Position numbers and translations under genes: made by a program. The notes under the pieces are model-generated. The model saw nothing but the letters and a program-made list of their open reading frames with translations. It ran no database searches and was not told the DNA's origin. This document shows positions 46,035 to 55,292 of a stretch of 61,316 bases of DNA, in pieces. This DNA comes from a virus. Taxonomy: Duplodnaviria; Caudoviricetes. The DNA lies in the IMG/VR virus record IMGVR_UViG_3300042465_001021, positions 1-61,316 of that record. One strand, 5' to 3'. The stretch's first letter is position 1. The number at the start of each line of letters is the position of its first letter.

Positions 46035-46621
46035 AAGGCTTCGGCAGTCGTGGCTACGGCGCTAAAAAGCGTATGCGTAAGTTTGAAGAGGGCGGCCCGA
46101 CTGATTATGCAGAGTCGGGAAGTGCTGGTAGCACCAACATCAGCTTCGGTGAGGCATTCAAGGCCGCACGTAAGCAGGGTCTGAAGACCTTTACTTGGCG
46201 TGGCAAGGAATACACCACTGAGACCAAGGAAGATAAGGCCAAGAAGTCACTTGACGAAGTGGAAGTTAAGAGCAAGCGTCCTGACTTCAAGGAAATCTAC
46301 GAGCGCGATACGGTGACGGATAAGGCTGGCATGGGTCAGCGCGGTTCGTCTATTCGTGGCGGTAAGCGCAACATGACCGTTGATCAGAAGATTGGCGAGT
46401 CGATCCGCGCTTCTACGAAAAGCATGAAGAACACTGATAGTGCTTATGAGCGCCTTGCTGCTACGGCTGGTTCACGTAAGCAGGAATCAGAGCGCAAAGC
46501 CAAGCGTGTCAACGAAGCCCGTGAGTCTATGAGCTACCGTAAAGGTGGTTCGGTTGGTTCGGCTTCCAAACGTGCTGACGGCATTGCTGTTCGTGGCAAG
46601 ACAAAGGGACGGATGGTCTGA
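46031..46621 (+). CDS. basic protein with SFGEAFKAARK domain and SASKRADG motif
   Basis: FEEGG; SFGEAFKAARKQGLKTFTWRGKEYTT; YRKGGSVGSASKRADGIAVRGKTKGRMV. Confidence 0.7.
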   Translation: MKGFGSRGYGAKKRMRKFEEGGPTDYAESGSAGSTNISFGEAFKAARKQGLKTFTWRGKEYTTETKEDKAKKSLDEVEVKSKRPDFKEIYERDTVTDKAGMGQRGSSIRGGKRNMTVDQKIGESIRASTKSMKNTDSAYERLAATAGSRKQESERKAKRVNEARESMSYRKGGSVGSASKRADGIAVRGKTKGRMV

Positions 46622-46917
46622 TGATGCCCTCCCGAGGCATGGGTGATATCAACCCCAAGAAGGTGCCGCGAGCAAAGCGGCGCGGGGATGACAAGCCTGT
46701 GATCGGGACGGGCAAGCCCATTCGTACTTTCAAGAAGGGCGGCGAGAGCAAGGTCAACGCAGCTGGTAACTATTCCAAGCCCGGTATGCGTAAAGCATTG
46801 TTCAACAGCATCAAGAATAGTGCGGTTCAAGGCACTGCGGCAGGTCAGTGGTCGGCTCGTAAGGCGCAGTTGTTGGCTAAGCGGTATAAGGAAAAAGGCG
46901 GCGGATATACGTCATGA
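46621..46917 (+). CDS. basic protein; C-terminus resembles the N-half of DUF5872-like proteins
   Basis: FKKGG; NYSKPGMRK...GQWSARKAQLLAKRYKEKGGGY. Confidence 0.65.
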   Translation: MMPSRGMGDINPKKVPRAKRRGDDKPVIGTGKPIRTFKKGGESKVNAAGNYSKPGMRKALFNSIKNSAVQGTAAGQWSARKAQLLAKRYKEKGGGYTS

Positions 46918-47159
46918 AAGCCCCGCAGCAATCCTTGAAGGCATGGACTGCCCAGAAATGGAGAACTAAAAGTGGTAAACGATCTTCTGACACGGGTGAA
47001 AGGTATTTACCAGAGGCTGCTATTAAAGCTCTCAGCCCCGCTGAATACGCCCGAACCACTGCCGCCAAGCGCCGAGGAAAAGCCCAAGGCAAGCAGTTCG
47101 TCGCGCAGCCCAAAGGCATCTCGCAGAAAACCCGTGCGTATCGTCAAAGGGGCAAGTAA
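46914..47159 (+). CDS. basic protein resembling the C-half of DUF5872-like proteins
   Basis: QQSLKAWTAQKWRTKSG...ERYLPEAAIKALSPAEY...KQFVAQP. Confidence 0.65.
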   Translation: MKAPQQSLKAWTAQKWRTKSGKRSSDTGERYLPEAAIKALSPAEYARTTAAKRRGKAQGKQFVAQPKGISQKTRAYRQRGK

Positions 47160-47162
47160 GAA

Positions 47163-47420
47163 GTGAACATGCAGAAGATTGTGGATATGTTGTTTCCGGT
47201 GCTTCTGGCCGCTGTGGGCTGGTTGTTGGCGGAGATCGCATCATTCAACAATCGTCTGATTGCTATCGAGTCTAAAATCCCCATTCTCATTACCGAAGAT
47301 GGGGTACCTACCGATAGTCCTTTGAGCGCCGCCCGTCGTCAGGAACTTAAAGACGACATTATGGAAGACATCCACGACCTGCAAGTGCGGGTCAAGTTGA
47401 TGGAAGAACGAGGCAAGTAA
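47163..47420 (+). CDS. single-TM coiled-coil protein
   Basis: LFPVLLAAVGWLLAEI hydrophobic helix. Confidence 0.6.
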   Translation: MNMQKIVDMLFPVLLAAVGWLLAEIASFNNRLIAIESKIPILITEDGVPTDSPLSAARRQELKDDIMEDIHDLQVRVKLMEERGK

Positions 47421-48145
47421 TGGTAGACAAGACTACAGCTACTACAGACTTTAACCTCGACCTCAATACGATTATTGAGGAAGCCTTTGAGCGTTGCGGG
47501 GCTGAACTGCGTTCGGGATACGACTTCCGTACGGCCAAGCGTAGTCTGTCGTTGCTCCTGATGGACTGGGCTAACCGGGGCATTAACCTCTGGACGCTAG
47601 AGCAGGGTACGCACACTCTGACCTACAATGTCGGCACGTATGATCTGCCAGTGGATACGGTTGACCTGCTTGACCATGTGATCCGGACTGGCTCTGGCAC
47701 AAACCAGCAGGACATCAACATCAGCCGTATCTCGTCCAGCACTTACGTGTCGATCCCGAACAAGAACGCGACGGGTCGCCCGATTCAGATCTGGATCAAT
47801 CGGCGTACGGGTGCTACGGGCGCTGATAACGTCATTGTCTACCCGCAGTTCACGGTATGGCCAAAGCCTGATAACAGCACGACTTGGGTTCTGTACTACA
47901 CCCGCCTGCGTCGTATGTTTGATGTGGGTAACGGCGTCAACGGACAGGATATCCCGTTCCGGTTTTTGCCCTGCATGGTTGCTGGGCTGGCTTACATGCT
48001 GTCAATGAAGATTCCAAACGCTGATGCGCGTACTCCTATGTTGAAGGCCCAGTACGACGAAGCTTGGGATCTAGCGGCAGGCGAAGACCGCGAAAAAGCG
48101 GCGGTGCGGTTTGTCCCACGTGAGAGCTTCTTGGGTGGCTACTAA
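47420..48145 (+). CDS. head-tail adaptor / tail tubular protein A-like
   Basis: IIEEAFERCG...WANRGINLW...PNKNATGRP...WPKPD...LKAQYDEAW. Confidence 0.7.
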   Translation: MVDKTTATTDFNLDLNTIIEEAFERCGAELRSGYDFRTAKRSLSLLLMDWANRGINLWTLEQGTHTLTYNVGTYDLPVDTVDLLDHVIRTGSGTNQQDINISRISSSTYVSIPNKNATGRPIQIWINRRTGATGADNVIVYPQFTVWPKPDNSTTWVLYYTRLRRMFDVGNGVNGQDIPFRFLPCMVAGLAYMLSMKIPNADARTPMLKAQYDEAWDLAAGEDREKAAVRFVPRESFLGGY

Positions 48146-48522
48146 TGCCAAACAGGTTTGCAAGTGGCAAGAACGCAATCGCCATGTGCGACCGGTGCGG
48201 ATTTCAGTACAAACTGCGCCAGTTGAAGTCGATTGTGATCAAGACCAAGAACGTAAATATCTTGGTCTGTCCAGAGTGTTGGGAACCCGATCAGCCTCAG
48301 TTGTCGCTTGGTTTGTACCCAGTGGACGATCCGCAGGCACTTCGGAACCCAAGACCGGATACGAGTTATTTTGCGGTCGGTAATGACGGCGCTAATGGCA
48401 GTCGTCAGATACAATGGGGTTGGAACCCGGTCGGTGGGTCAAGAGCCTTCGATGCGGAGCTAACTCCGAACACACTGGCCCCGGCTGGTGAAGTAGGAAC
48501 GGTGACGGTCGTTACGACCTAG
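48145..48522 (+). CDS. Zn-binding virion-associated protein
   Basis: CDRCG...CPECWEPDQPQL...DPQALRNPRPD. Confidence 0.65.
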   Translation: MPNRFASGKNAIAMCDRCGFQYKLRQLKSIVIKTKNVNILVCPECWEPDQPQLSLGLYPVDDPQALRNPRPDTSYFAVGNDGANGSRQIQWGWNPVGGSRAFDAELTPNTLAPAGEVGTVTVVTT

Positions 48523-48531
48523 GAGATTGAG

Positions 48532-48714
48532 ATGGCGATGAGCAAACTTGAGAAACATGCGGCTCTTCCGGCGAGCAAGGCTCACGGTCCGGGTCGAGTG
48601 AAAAATATGCGTGCTGGTGGCAAGACCAACAGCGAGATGAAGAAGTACGGGCGCAACATGGCTAAGGTCATGAATCAGCGTAGCCCGGTTCGTAAGTCTT
48701 CTGGCCCGAAGTAA
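48532..48714 (+). CDS. small basic peptide with MRAGG motif
   Basis: AGGAG RBS; MRAGGKTNSEMKKYGRNMAKV. Confidence 0.65.
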   Translation: MAMSKLEKHAALPASKAHGPGRVKNMRAGGKTNSEMKKYGRNMAKVMNQRSPVRKSSGPK

Positions 48715-48719
48715 TTGCC

Positions 48720-48917
48720 ATGAAAGAATTAAATCCCGGCAAGATCAAGCCGAACACAGACTCGACGGGGCGTAATGGCTACCCGGAGAAGGATGTGAAC
48801 AAGGGTGTCACCCACATGGATATGAAGGGTGCTGGCGCTGCGACGAAGGGCAAGAAGTTCGTGTCGCAGATCAACCTTGAGAACAACGCCAAGTACAGGT
48901 CAGGCTGGTCGCCGTGA
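48720..48917 (+). CDS. small basic peptide
   Basis: MKGAGAATKGKKF motif. Confidence 0.6.
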   Translation: MKELNPGKIKPNTDSTGRNGYPEKDVNKGVTHMDMKGAGAATKGKKFVSQINLENNAKYRSGWSP

Positions 48918-49555
48918 ATTACACGCAGCTTTCTACACTGATTCAGCAATATTGTGAGTCTACGGAAACCTCTTTCGTAGCGAATATTCCTACGTTCGTG
49001 CAGTTAGCTGAAGAGCGGATTTATAACTCCGTTCAGATCCCGGCAATCCGTAAGAACTCGACTGCCACGATGTCGATTGGGAACAAGTACATGTCCCTGC
49101 CGTCTGACTGGCTCTCGACGTTCTCCTTGGCTGTATTTAACCCGGCAAATAATGAGTACACGTACCTGTTGAATAAGGATGTGAACTATATTCGTCAGGC
49201 GTACCCAGATGCGGACGATACCGGGTTGCCCAAGTACTATGCAATTTGGGATGACAACACGATGATTCTTGGCCCTGCGCCAGATCTCGCGTACACAGCC
49301 GAGTTGCATTATTACTATTACCCGGCTTCGATTGTGGACGTTGGTACGTCTTGGCTCGGTACTAACTTTGAAACTGTTCTGCTCTACGGTGCAATCCGTG
49401 AAGGTTATATCTACCTCAAGGGTGAACAAGACATGATGCAGTACTACGAGCAGAAGTATCAGGAAGCCTTACAACAGTTGATGAGACTGGGTGATGGCTT
49501 GAACCGTCAGGATGCGTATCGTTCGGGTCAGGTTAGAATTCCGGTGGCTTCGTGA
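48914..49555 (+). CDS. second adaptor / tail tubular A-like protein
   Basis: MNYTQL...FVQLAEERI...GLPKYYA...LGPAPD...LLYGAI. Confidence 0.7.
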   Translation: MNYTQLSTLIQQYCESTETSFVANIPTFVQLAEERIYNSVQIPAIRKNSTATMSIGNKYMSLPSDWLSTFSLAVFNPANNEYTYLLNKDVNYIRQAYPDADDTGLPKYYAIWDDNTMILGPAPDLAYTAELHYYYYPASIVDVGTSWLGTNFETVLLYGAIREGYIYLKGEQDMMQYYEQKYQEALQQLMRLGDGLNRQDAYRSGQVRIPVAS

Positions 49556-49800
49556 TGTTTAGCGCAGAAGTTCAAATTGGGCAGGTGCTTGTTCAGACAA
49601 CAGACCACCGTGGGCATACCGTAGAAGAGATTGCGGAGCGTGCGGCTAACCGCATTATTCGCGCAGATACGAAGGAAGCCCTGCATTATTGGCTGGTAAA
49701 ATATCTCACCGAAGCGCAAAAAGCTGAACGTGAGTCGATATGTAAGAAGTTAGATAAACAGGGCTATGCGGAAATCGCACACTTAATTGGAGACCTATAA
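49552..49800 (+). CDS. hypothetical protein
   Basis: VQTTDHRGHTVEEIAE motif; coupled ORF. Confidence 0.6.
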   Translation: MMFSAEVQIGQVLVQTTDHRGHTVEEIAERAANRIIRADTKEALHYWLVKYLTEAQKAERESICKKLDKQGYAEIAHLIGDL

Positions 49801-50255
49801 TGGCTATTTCTCAGGCAATGGTGACTTCGTTCAAGGTGGAAATCCTTGATGGGGTACACAACTTTGGTGTTGGCGTTGTTCGCGCTTCAACGGCTGCGGA
49901 TGTATTCAAGCTGGCGCTGTATACCTCGTCGGCAACTCTTGGCGCTGCAACCACGGCGTATACGACTTCGGATGAGGTTTCCTCGTCTGGAACGAATTAC
50001 CCGGCTGGCGGCTTGACGCTGACGATCTCGCAGGTTCCGACCTCGACGGGTACGACGGCGTTCTTGGACTTTGATGACCTGACGTTCCCCAGTGCTACCC
50101 TGACGGCTAACGGTGCGTTGATCTACAACGAAACCCAAAGCAACAAGGCTGTGGCGGTGCTGGCGTTCGGTGGAGATAAAACCTCTACCGCTGGTAACTT
50201 CACGATTCAGTTCCCTGCCGCTGCCGCTTCGACTGCGATCCTGCGTATTGCTTAA
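49800..50255 (+). CDS. tail-associated structural protein
   Basis: MAISQAMVTSFKVEIL...FKLALYTS...GALIYN...FGGDKTST.GNFTIQFP. Confidence 0.7.
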   Translation: MAISQAMVTSFKVEILDGVHNFGVGVVRASTAADVFKLALYTSSATLGAATTAYTTSDEVSSSGTNYPAGGLTLTISQVPTSTGTTAFLDFDDLTFPSATLTANGALIYNETQSNKAVAVLAFGGDKTSTAGNFTIQFPAAAASTAILRIA

Positions 50256-50267
50256 TCGGGGGTTTAT

Positions 50268-50714
50268 ATGGCCCTCGTACTTGCGGATCGCGTCCTAGAG
50301 ACGACGACTTCCACTGGGAGTGGGACGATTACTCTTGCTGGAGCGAAGCAGGGGTATCAGTCTTTTGCAGTGGTTGGGGATGGCAACCAGACCTACTACA
50401 CCATTGCCAGCCAGTCTGAGTGGGAAGTGGGTATTGGAACCTACACGGCTTCGGGTACTACGTTGTCCCGAGATACTGTGCTGTCGTCTAGCAACAGCGG
50501 TAGCAAAGTCACGTTCTCTGTCGGCACCAAGGACGTATTCGTAACGTACCCGTCTGAGAAGTCGGTTGTGAATAACGTGCTGACTAACGAAACGACCACA
50601 TCAGTCGGATACACGATTGATACAGGCACGAACGGATTGTCGGTTGGCCCAATTACGATCAGTCCGGGTAACTCCATCACGGTCAGTTCCGGTCAGCGTT
50701 GGGTGATCTTATGA
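50268..50714 (+). CDS. tail fibre anchor-like protein
   Basis: MALVLADRVLETTTSTGSG...WEVGIGT...VFVTYP; C-terminal SVGPITI...WVIL. Confidence 0.65.
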   Translation: MALVLADRVLETTTSTGSGTITLAGAKQGYQSFAVVGDGNQTYYTIASQSEWEVGIGTYTASGTTLSRDTVLSSSNSGSKVTFSVGTKDVFVTYPSEKSVVNNVLTNETTTSVGYTIDTGTNGLSVGPITISPGNSITVSSGQRWVIL

Positions 50715-51157
50715 GTGTTATTTTAGCCGGAACGACAATTACGAGCGGCCTTGTTCTGGAGTCTGACACCACTGGTAATTTGGTTATTAAGACCGGAGCC
50801 GGTAGTGGTACGACTGCCATGACGATTAACTCTTCGCAGGTCGTATCGTTTGTTAATCCGCCTACTGGAATAGCAGGTCTTCCTCCAGTCACTGTCACCG
50901 CGTCTACTTCGATCACGGCTGCCGCTGGTAACCACTACGTCTTGACCGCTGCTACGGCAGCGACGGTAACTCTTCCGGCTTCACCGACGATTAGTGATAC
51001 GGTTTGGGTAACAGTGGCAAATGGTTTGACGACAAATGTCGTGGCGCGTAACGGCAAGAACATTCAAGGTATTGCAGAAGACATGACTCTCAACGCTCCG
51101 TATGCCGCAGCGCAGATGCGCTTCTCCGATAACACGGAAGGATGGATTTTGATATGA
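50711..51157 (+). CDS. fibre adaptor, cassette 1
   Basis: GLVLESDTTGNLVIK N-terminal motif shared with 52637 and 54735; TVTLPASP domain. Confidence 0.6.
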   Translation: MSVILAGTTITSGLVLESDTTGNLVIKTGAGSGTTAMTINSSQVVSFVNPPTGIAGLPPVTVTASTSITAAAGNHYVLTAATAATVTLPASPTISDTVWVTVANGLTTNVVARNGKNIQGIAEDMTLNAPYAAAQMRFSDNTEGWILI

Positions 51158-52236
51158 GTGTGTTTACTCAGTTTACTGGTAGCGCAGAAAACTTCCCGCT
51201 AACCACAAAATATTACACAACATCCTCCACCATAATTGCCCCCGGTGGTTGGATAAATTTTGTTGTTATTGGCGCAGGCGGAAGTGGTGCATCAAATAGC
51301 CAGAGTAGTGTCCGAAGGAGAGCAAGAGGTGGCGCTGCTGGTGGACTTGTTATAGCCAAGCGTTATATCGCGGCTGGAACTTCTATCACTATTACTGTAG
51401 GTTCTGGTGGCACTGCTCGTACTACTTCTAACGGGGCACTCGCTGGAAATCCCGGTGGCAGTTCTTCAGTTGCAGCAACAGGAATGACGACTCTTACTGC
51501 TGGCGGTGGCGACGGCGGCACTGTTAGTAGCACCACAGGTTCAATGTCTGCTGTTATAGGCGGAACTGCTACCGGCGGTGATATTAATAATCAAGGTGGT
51601 AGTTCTGGTGATATTCAGTACATAACCAATCAAAATGACGTAACAGCAGCAACTGGCGGTGGAGCGGTCAATCTTTTTGGTTACCCATATTCTAGTGGGG
51701 CTTCTACTAGCACTACTGCCGCTGGACAAGAAAGAACAGTGGCAACTGGCGGAGCCGGAGTTGGCGGTTCTTCTGGTGATGTAACGATGACCGACCTCGC
51801 AAATGCCGGGGCTGGCGGCGGCTCCTATGGAGCAAGTGCAACTGATTCACTTACTGGCGGAGACAGTTTAAGTCTTGTTATTAGTGCTGTTGGGTTTAGC
51901 GATTTTTTTGGCCCCTCTATTGTAGGCTTTAATATTACGGCCATAGATGCAGGTGGGGGAGCGGGAGGCGAAGACGCTAACGGTGCTGCACCAACTTCCA
52001 CTAAGGGAGGTGGCGGCGGAGGTGGCGGCGCTGGTGGATTTAATAATCAAATTTCTGGCGGTGCCGGTCGTGCTTTTGCTGGCGGCGGAGCGGCTGCTGG
52101 AAGAAACATAGCAGATGCCACTGCTGGTGCTGGTGGGCTTGGCGCTGGTGGCGGTGGCGCTGCAAATAGAGGCACTAATGCTATAAGCGGTGCTGGTGGG
52201 AATGGCCTTGTAATTGTTCAGTTCTTGGGGCAGTAA
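51154..52236 (+). CDS. glycine-rich (polyglycine) adhesin/fibre 1
   Basis: VIGAGGSG...many GGGG runs...GAGGNGLVIV. Confidence 0.7.
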   Translation: MSVFTQFTGSAENFPLTTKYYTTSSTIIAPGGWINFVVIGAGGSGASNSQSSVRRRARGGAAGGLVIAKRYIAAGTSITITVGSGGTARTTSNGALAGNPGGSSSVAATGMTTLTAGGGDGGTVSSTTGSMSAVIGGTATGGDINNQGGSSGDIQYITNQNDVTAATGGGAVNLFGYPYSSGASTSTTAAGQERTVATGGAGVGGSSGDVTMTDLANAGAGGGSYGASATDSLTGGDSLSLVISAVGFSDFFGPSIVGFNITAIDAGGGAGGEDANGAAPTSTKGGGGGGGGAGGFNNQISGGAGRAFAGGGAAAGRNIADATAGAGGLGAGGGGAANRGTNAISGAGGNGLVIVQFLGQ

Positions 52237-52237
52237 A

Positions 52238-52627
52238 ATGATTTACCAAATCCTCAATGACGCTGGCGAAGTCACCAACACCATCATCGCTGATGAAGCG
52301 TTTGTGGAGAAGCACTACCCCGGCAATTACCGGTTGGTTGGGCCGGAACCGGCTCCACCTCTCCCACCTCCTTTGCCGCCGATCATTACCAAGTTGGCGT
52401 TTCGTTTCCGTCTAACCGATGCCGAGTATGTTGGCATTCTTGCTGCTGCCAAGACAGATGTGGAAGTCATGGCATGGGTCGAAACCTTCAACATGGTCAG
52501 TCAGATCAATTTTGATGACTCTCGCACGGTTTCTGGTCTTGAGATGATGGTGACAAAATCGTTGCTGACTGAAGAGCGTAAGACTGAAATTCTCACCGCG
52601 CCGGTACAAGATTCCGAGCGCCCGTAG
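52238..52627 (+). CDS. fibre assembly/chaperone-like protein, copy 1
   Basis: IITKLAFRFRLTDAEY...paralogue of 54294-54725. Confidence 0.6.
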   Translation: MIYQILNDAGEVTNTIIADEAFVEKHYPGNYRLVGPEPAPPLPPPLPPIITKLAFRFRLTDAEYVGILAAAKTDVEVMAWVETFNMVSQINFDDSRTVSGLEMMVTKSLLTEERKTEILTAPVQDSERP

Positions 52628-52636
52628 GAGTAGGCG

Positions 52637-52897
52637 ATGCCTAGCACAATCAATTCCGTACCTGATGGCATTATATTTACTGCCGATTCTACTGGCGCGT
52701 TGAATATTCAAGCTAACGGAATTAATGCCATTCAGATCGGTTCAAGTGGTAGTGCTGTCATAGGCAGTCTCGTTTTATCTTCAATCAACGCTGGCTCCGG
52801 AATTACAGTTACCAACAACGCAGGTTCAATCACTATTACCAACTCCAGCACTGGCGGTGCTCAAGATTTCATCGTCCAGTCGTACGGAATTGTTTGA
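52637..52897 (+). CDS. fibre adaptor, cassette 2
   Basis: MPSTINS...DSTGALNIQ; paralogue of the 54735 N-terminus. Confidence 0.6.
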   Translation: MPSTINSVPDGIIFTADSTGALNIQANGINAIQIGSSGSAVIGSLVLSSINAGSGITVTNNAGSITITNSSTGGAQDFIVQSYGIV

Positions 52898-52907
52898 GGG
52901 ATAAATC

Positions 52908-53291
52908 ATGGCTACTACAGCACAATACGCATCAACTGTTCGTACGGCGCAAGCCCAAGTATCTACCGCAAATACCAACCGAAATGGTACGGGTACGATT
53001 GTCACTGTGTTCACTGCTGGATCTAACGGGTCTCGCATTGACGATATCTACATTACGGCAACCGGAACCACGACGGCGGGTGTTGTTCGTTTGTTCTTAA
53101 ACGACGGAACGAATACATATCTTTTTGAAGAGATCCTTGTCACGGCAATTACGCCTAGCACTACCGTACAAGTATTTCAGTTCACGCAACTGAATCTCGG
53201 GTTAATTCTTGCAAACGGTTGGTCACTTCGCGCCAGCACTAACAACGCTGAGACGTTCAACATTCAGGTGACCCGCGCAGGAGACTTCTGA
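52908..53291 (+). CDS. beta-rich tail-associated protein
   Basis: STANTNRNGTGT...GSRIDDI...GVVRLF. Confidence 0.6.
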   Translation: MATTAQYASTVRTAQAQVSTANTNRNGTGTIVTVFTAGSNGSRIDDIYITATGTTTAGVVRLFLNDGTNTYLFEEILVTAITPSTTVQVFQFTQLNLGLILANGWSLRASTNNAETFNIQVTRAGDF

Positions 53292-54283
53292 TGAATCCGG
53301 GCACATTCCAAGGCGCAGGTACTGGCGCATTAGGAGGCAGTATCACTAAGTATTCGCAGACCCCTGTGATTACTACGTCTCAGGCCATTCCTGTCCCAAA
53401 TGGAGTTCAGCGCATCGAAGCTCTGCTCGTTGGCGGCGGTGGAGGCGGTGGTAATTCTACCGCGCCTAATACTTCAGGTATGAGCGGCGGCGGTGGTTTT
53501 GGTGGTGCTGCCGTTATTGAGATTCCTATAACCGGGTCTTCTCTTAATGTAGTTATTGGCGCTGGCGGCGCTGCCAGTACAGACGGATCGCCAACCTATA
53601 TTGAGTCTGCCGGAACTCGCTACGCTGAAGTTGGTGGTGGCGGAGCAGGAGGGGCACACAATGCTCGCGCTAGTATGGGACGTTCTGGCGGCGGTGGCGG
53701 TGGTGGAAGCGCTCAAAATAATGAAGGCGCTTCCGGTGGTATGGCGCCAATCGGAAACATTTTGTGGTCGCCTTACCCGCAGAGACCTGCAAATGATGCA
53801 GTGGAGTGGATAGATAATTACGGAACAACTTCTTTAAAGTTCGTACCTGCCACGGCTGGAGCACCCGGAGAGTATGGCGGGTATAACGGATCGCTAGGCG
53901 GTGGCGGTGCAGGCCACTACTACAACAGAAATGGCGCTACCTCTAATGGCGGCGGTGGCGGTGGCTGCACTAGTGCTGTTACCGGACGTCTTGGAAGTTT
54001 AGGTGGCGGCGGCGGTGCTAGTAACGGAACTACTTCCGGTGCTGGTGGTTCTCTAGCGTCTGTCACTATTTGGGGAATTACGGGTAAATCAGGTGGTACC
54101 GGCGGCAACTTTGGTGGTGCTGGAGGCGGCGGTTTCCTTACAGCCGGAGGAAACGGGGAAAGTCGTGGTACACAGACTGGTGGAGATGGTGGCCTCGGAG
54201 GTGGAGGTGGAGGCGGCGGTTGTGGCGGTGCCACTGGCGGTGCAGGTGGCGCTGGCTGCGCGGTTATTCGTTTTTACTTTTGA
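53291..54283 (+). CDS. glycine-rich (polyglycine) adhesin/fibre 2
   Basis: LVGGGGGGG...GAGGAGCAVIRF. Confidence 0.7.
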   Translation: MNPGTFQGAGTGALGGSITKYSQTPVITTSQAIPVPNGVQRIEALLVGGGGGGGNSTAPNTSGMSGGGGFGGAAVIEIPITGSSLNVVIGAGGAASTDGSPTYIESAGTRYAEVGGGGAGGAHNARASMGRSGGGGGGGSAQNNEGASGGMAPIGNILWSPYPQRPANDAVEWIDNYGTTSLKFVPATAGAPGEYGGYNGSLGGGGAGHYYNRNGATSNGGGGGGCTSAVTGRLGSLGGGGGASNGTTSGAGGSLASVTIWGITGKSGGTGGNFGGAGGGGFLTAGGNGESRGTQTGGDGGLGGGGGGGGCGGATGGAGGAGCAVIRFYF

Positions 54284-54293
54284 GGATTAAATA

Positions 54294-54725
54294 ATGTCAC
54301 TTTATGCAGTAATCAAAGGTGATGTTGTAGACGGCATCGCTGTCGCTGATGGCCCACTTGATACAAACAGTTTATGGGTTTGCGTTGACGGTATGAACCC
54401 TATGCCGGGTCCGCGCTGGACGTACGAAAACGGCGTATTTTCACCTCCAGTTGACCCTCCTCCAACCCCGCTTCCTAACATAATTACGAAAGTCGCATTT
54501 CGTTTTCGCATGACGGATGCCGAGTATGTTGGAGTTATTTCTGCTGCTAAGACCGATGTAGAAGTCGCAGCATGGGTCGAGACGTTCAATATGGTTTCCA
54601 AGATTGACCTTGATAATCAGCGCACAAAAGATGGCGTTGCAAATCTGGTTAGCAAGAATCTTTTAACTCAGGCTCGGGCTGACGAAATCTTGACTGCGCC
54701 AGTGCAGCCAAACGAGCGTCCGTAG
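54294..54725 (+). CDS. fibre assembly/chaperone-like protein, copy 2
   Basis: IITKVAFRFRMTDAEY...EILTAPVQPNERP. Confidence 0.6.
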   Translation: MSLYAVIKGDVVDGIAVADGPLDTNSLWVCVDGMNPMPGPRWTYENGVFSPPVDPPPTPLPNIITKVAFRFRMTDAEYVGVISAAKTDVEVAAWVETFNMVSKIDLDNQRTKDGVANLVSKNLLTQARADEILTAPVQPNERP

Positions 54726-54734
54726 GAGTAGGCA

Positions 54735-55292
54735 ATGCCTAGCACAATTAATTCAACTACCACTGGCGTAAAAATAACTTCCGATTCCTCGGGTGCATTG
54801 AACATCCAAGTTGGCGGGGTTAATGCCATTGAGATTGGCGCGAGTGCTAGCGTTGTTATTGGCAACTTGGCGCTGCCGACTAGTCTTACTCTGACGACGC
54901 TAAATGCAACGTCGGCTAGCATCACCACCCTTTCGGGAACAAGTTCTACGTTTACAACCGTATCAGACGGCGTGGGCAACGTCCGTAACATCCCATCAGC
55001 CGGTGCCGCTAAAACGTCTGAGTACACCCTCACGATTTCTGACATCGGTGAGTTCATTACGATTGGCACTAGCGGAAAGGTACTTGTTCCGAATAACACC
55101 TTCTCAACTGGTAACGCTGTCTCTGTCTACAACGATACGACTGGCAACGTCAGTATCAACATCAGTACCACTACTGGGTATGTCGTTGGAACCAATACCA
55201 ACCGTACTGGAGTAACGCTTGCGACCCGTGGCATTGCCAACATCCTTTTCATTAACCCGTCGTACTGCATCCTGTCCGGCAATCTGACATGA
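54735..55292 (+). CDS. fibre adaptor, cassette 3
   Basis: MPSTINS...DSSGALNIQ plus a C-terminal domain ending ILSGNLT. Confidence 0.6.
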   Translation: MPSTINSTTTGVKITSDSSGALNIQVGGVNAIEIGASASVVIGNLALPTSLTLTTLNATSASITTLSGTSSTFTTVSDGVGNVRNIPSAGAAKTSEYTLTISDIGEFITIGTSGKVLVPNNTFSTGNAVSVYNDTTGNVSINISTTTGYVVGTNTNRTGVTLATRGIANILFINPSYCILSGNLT

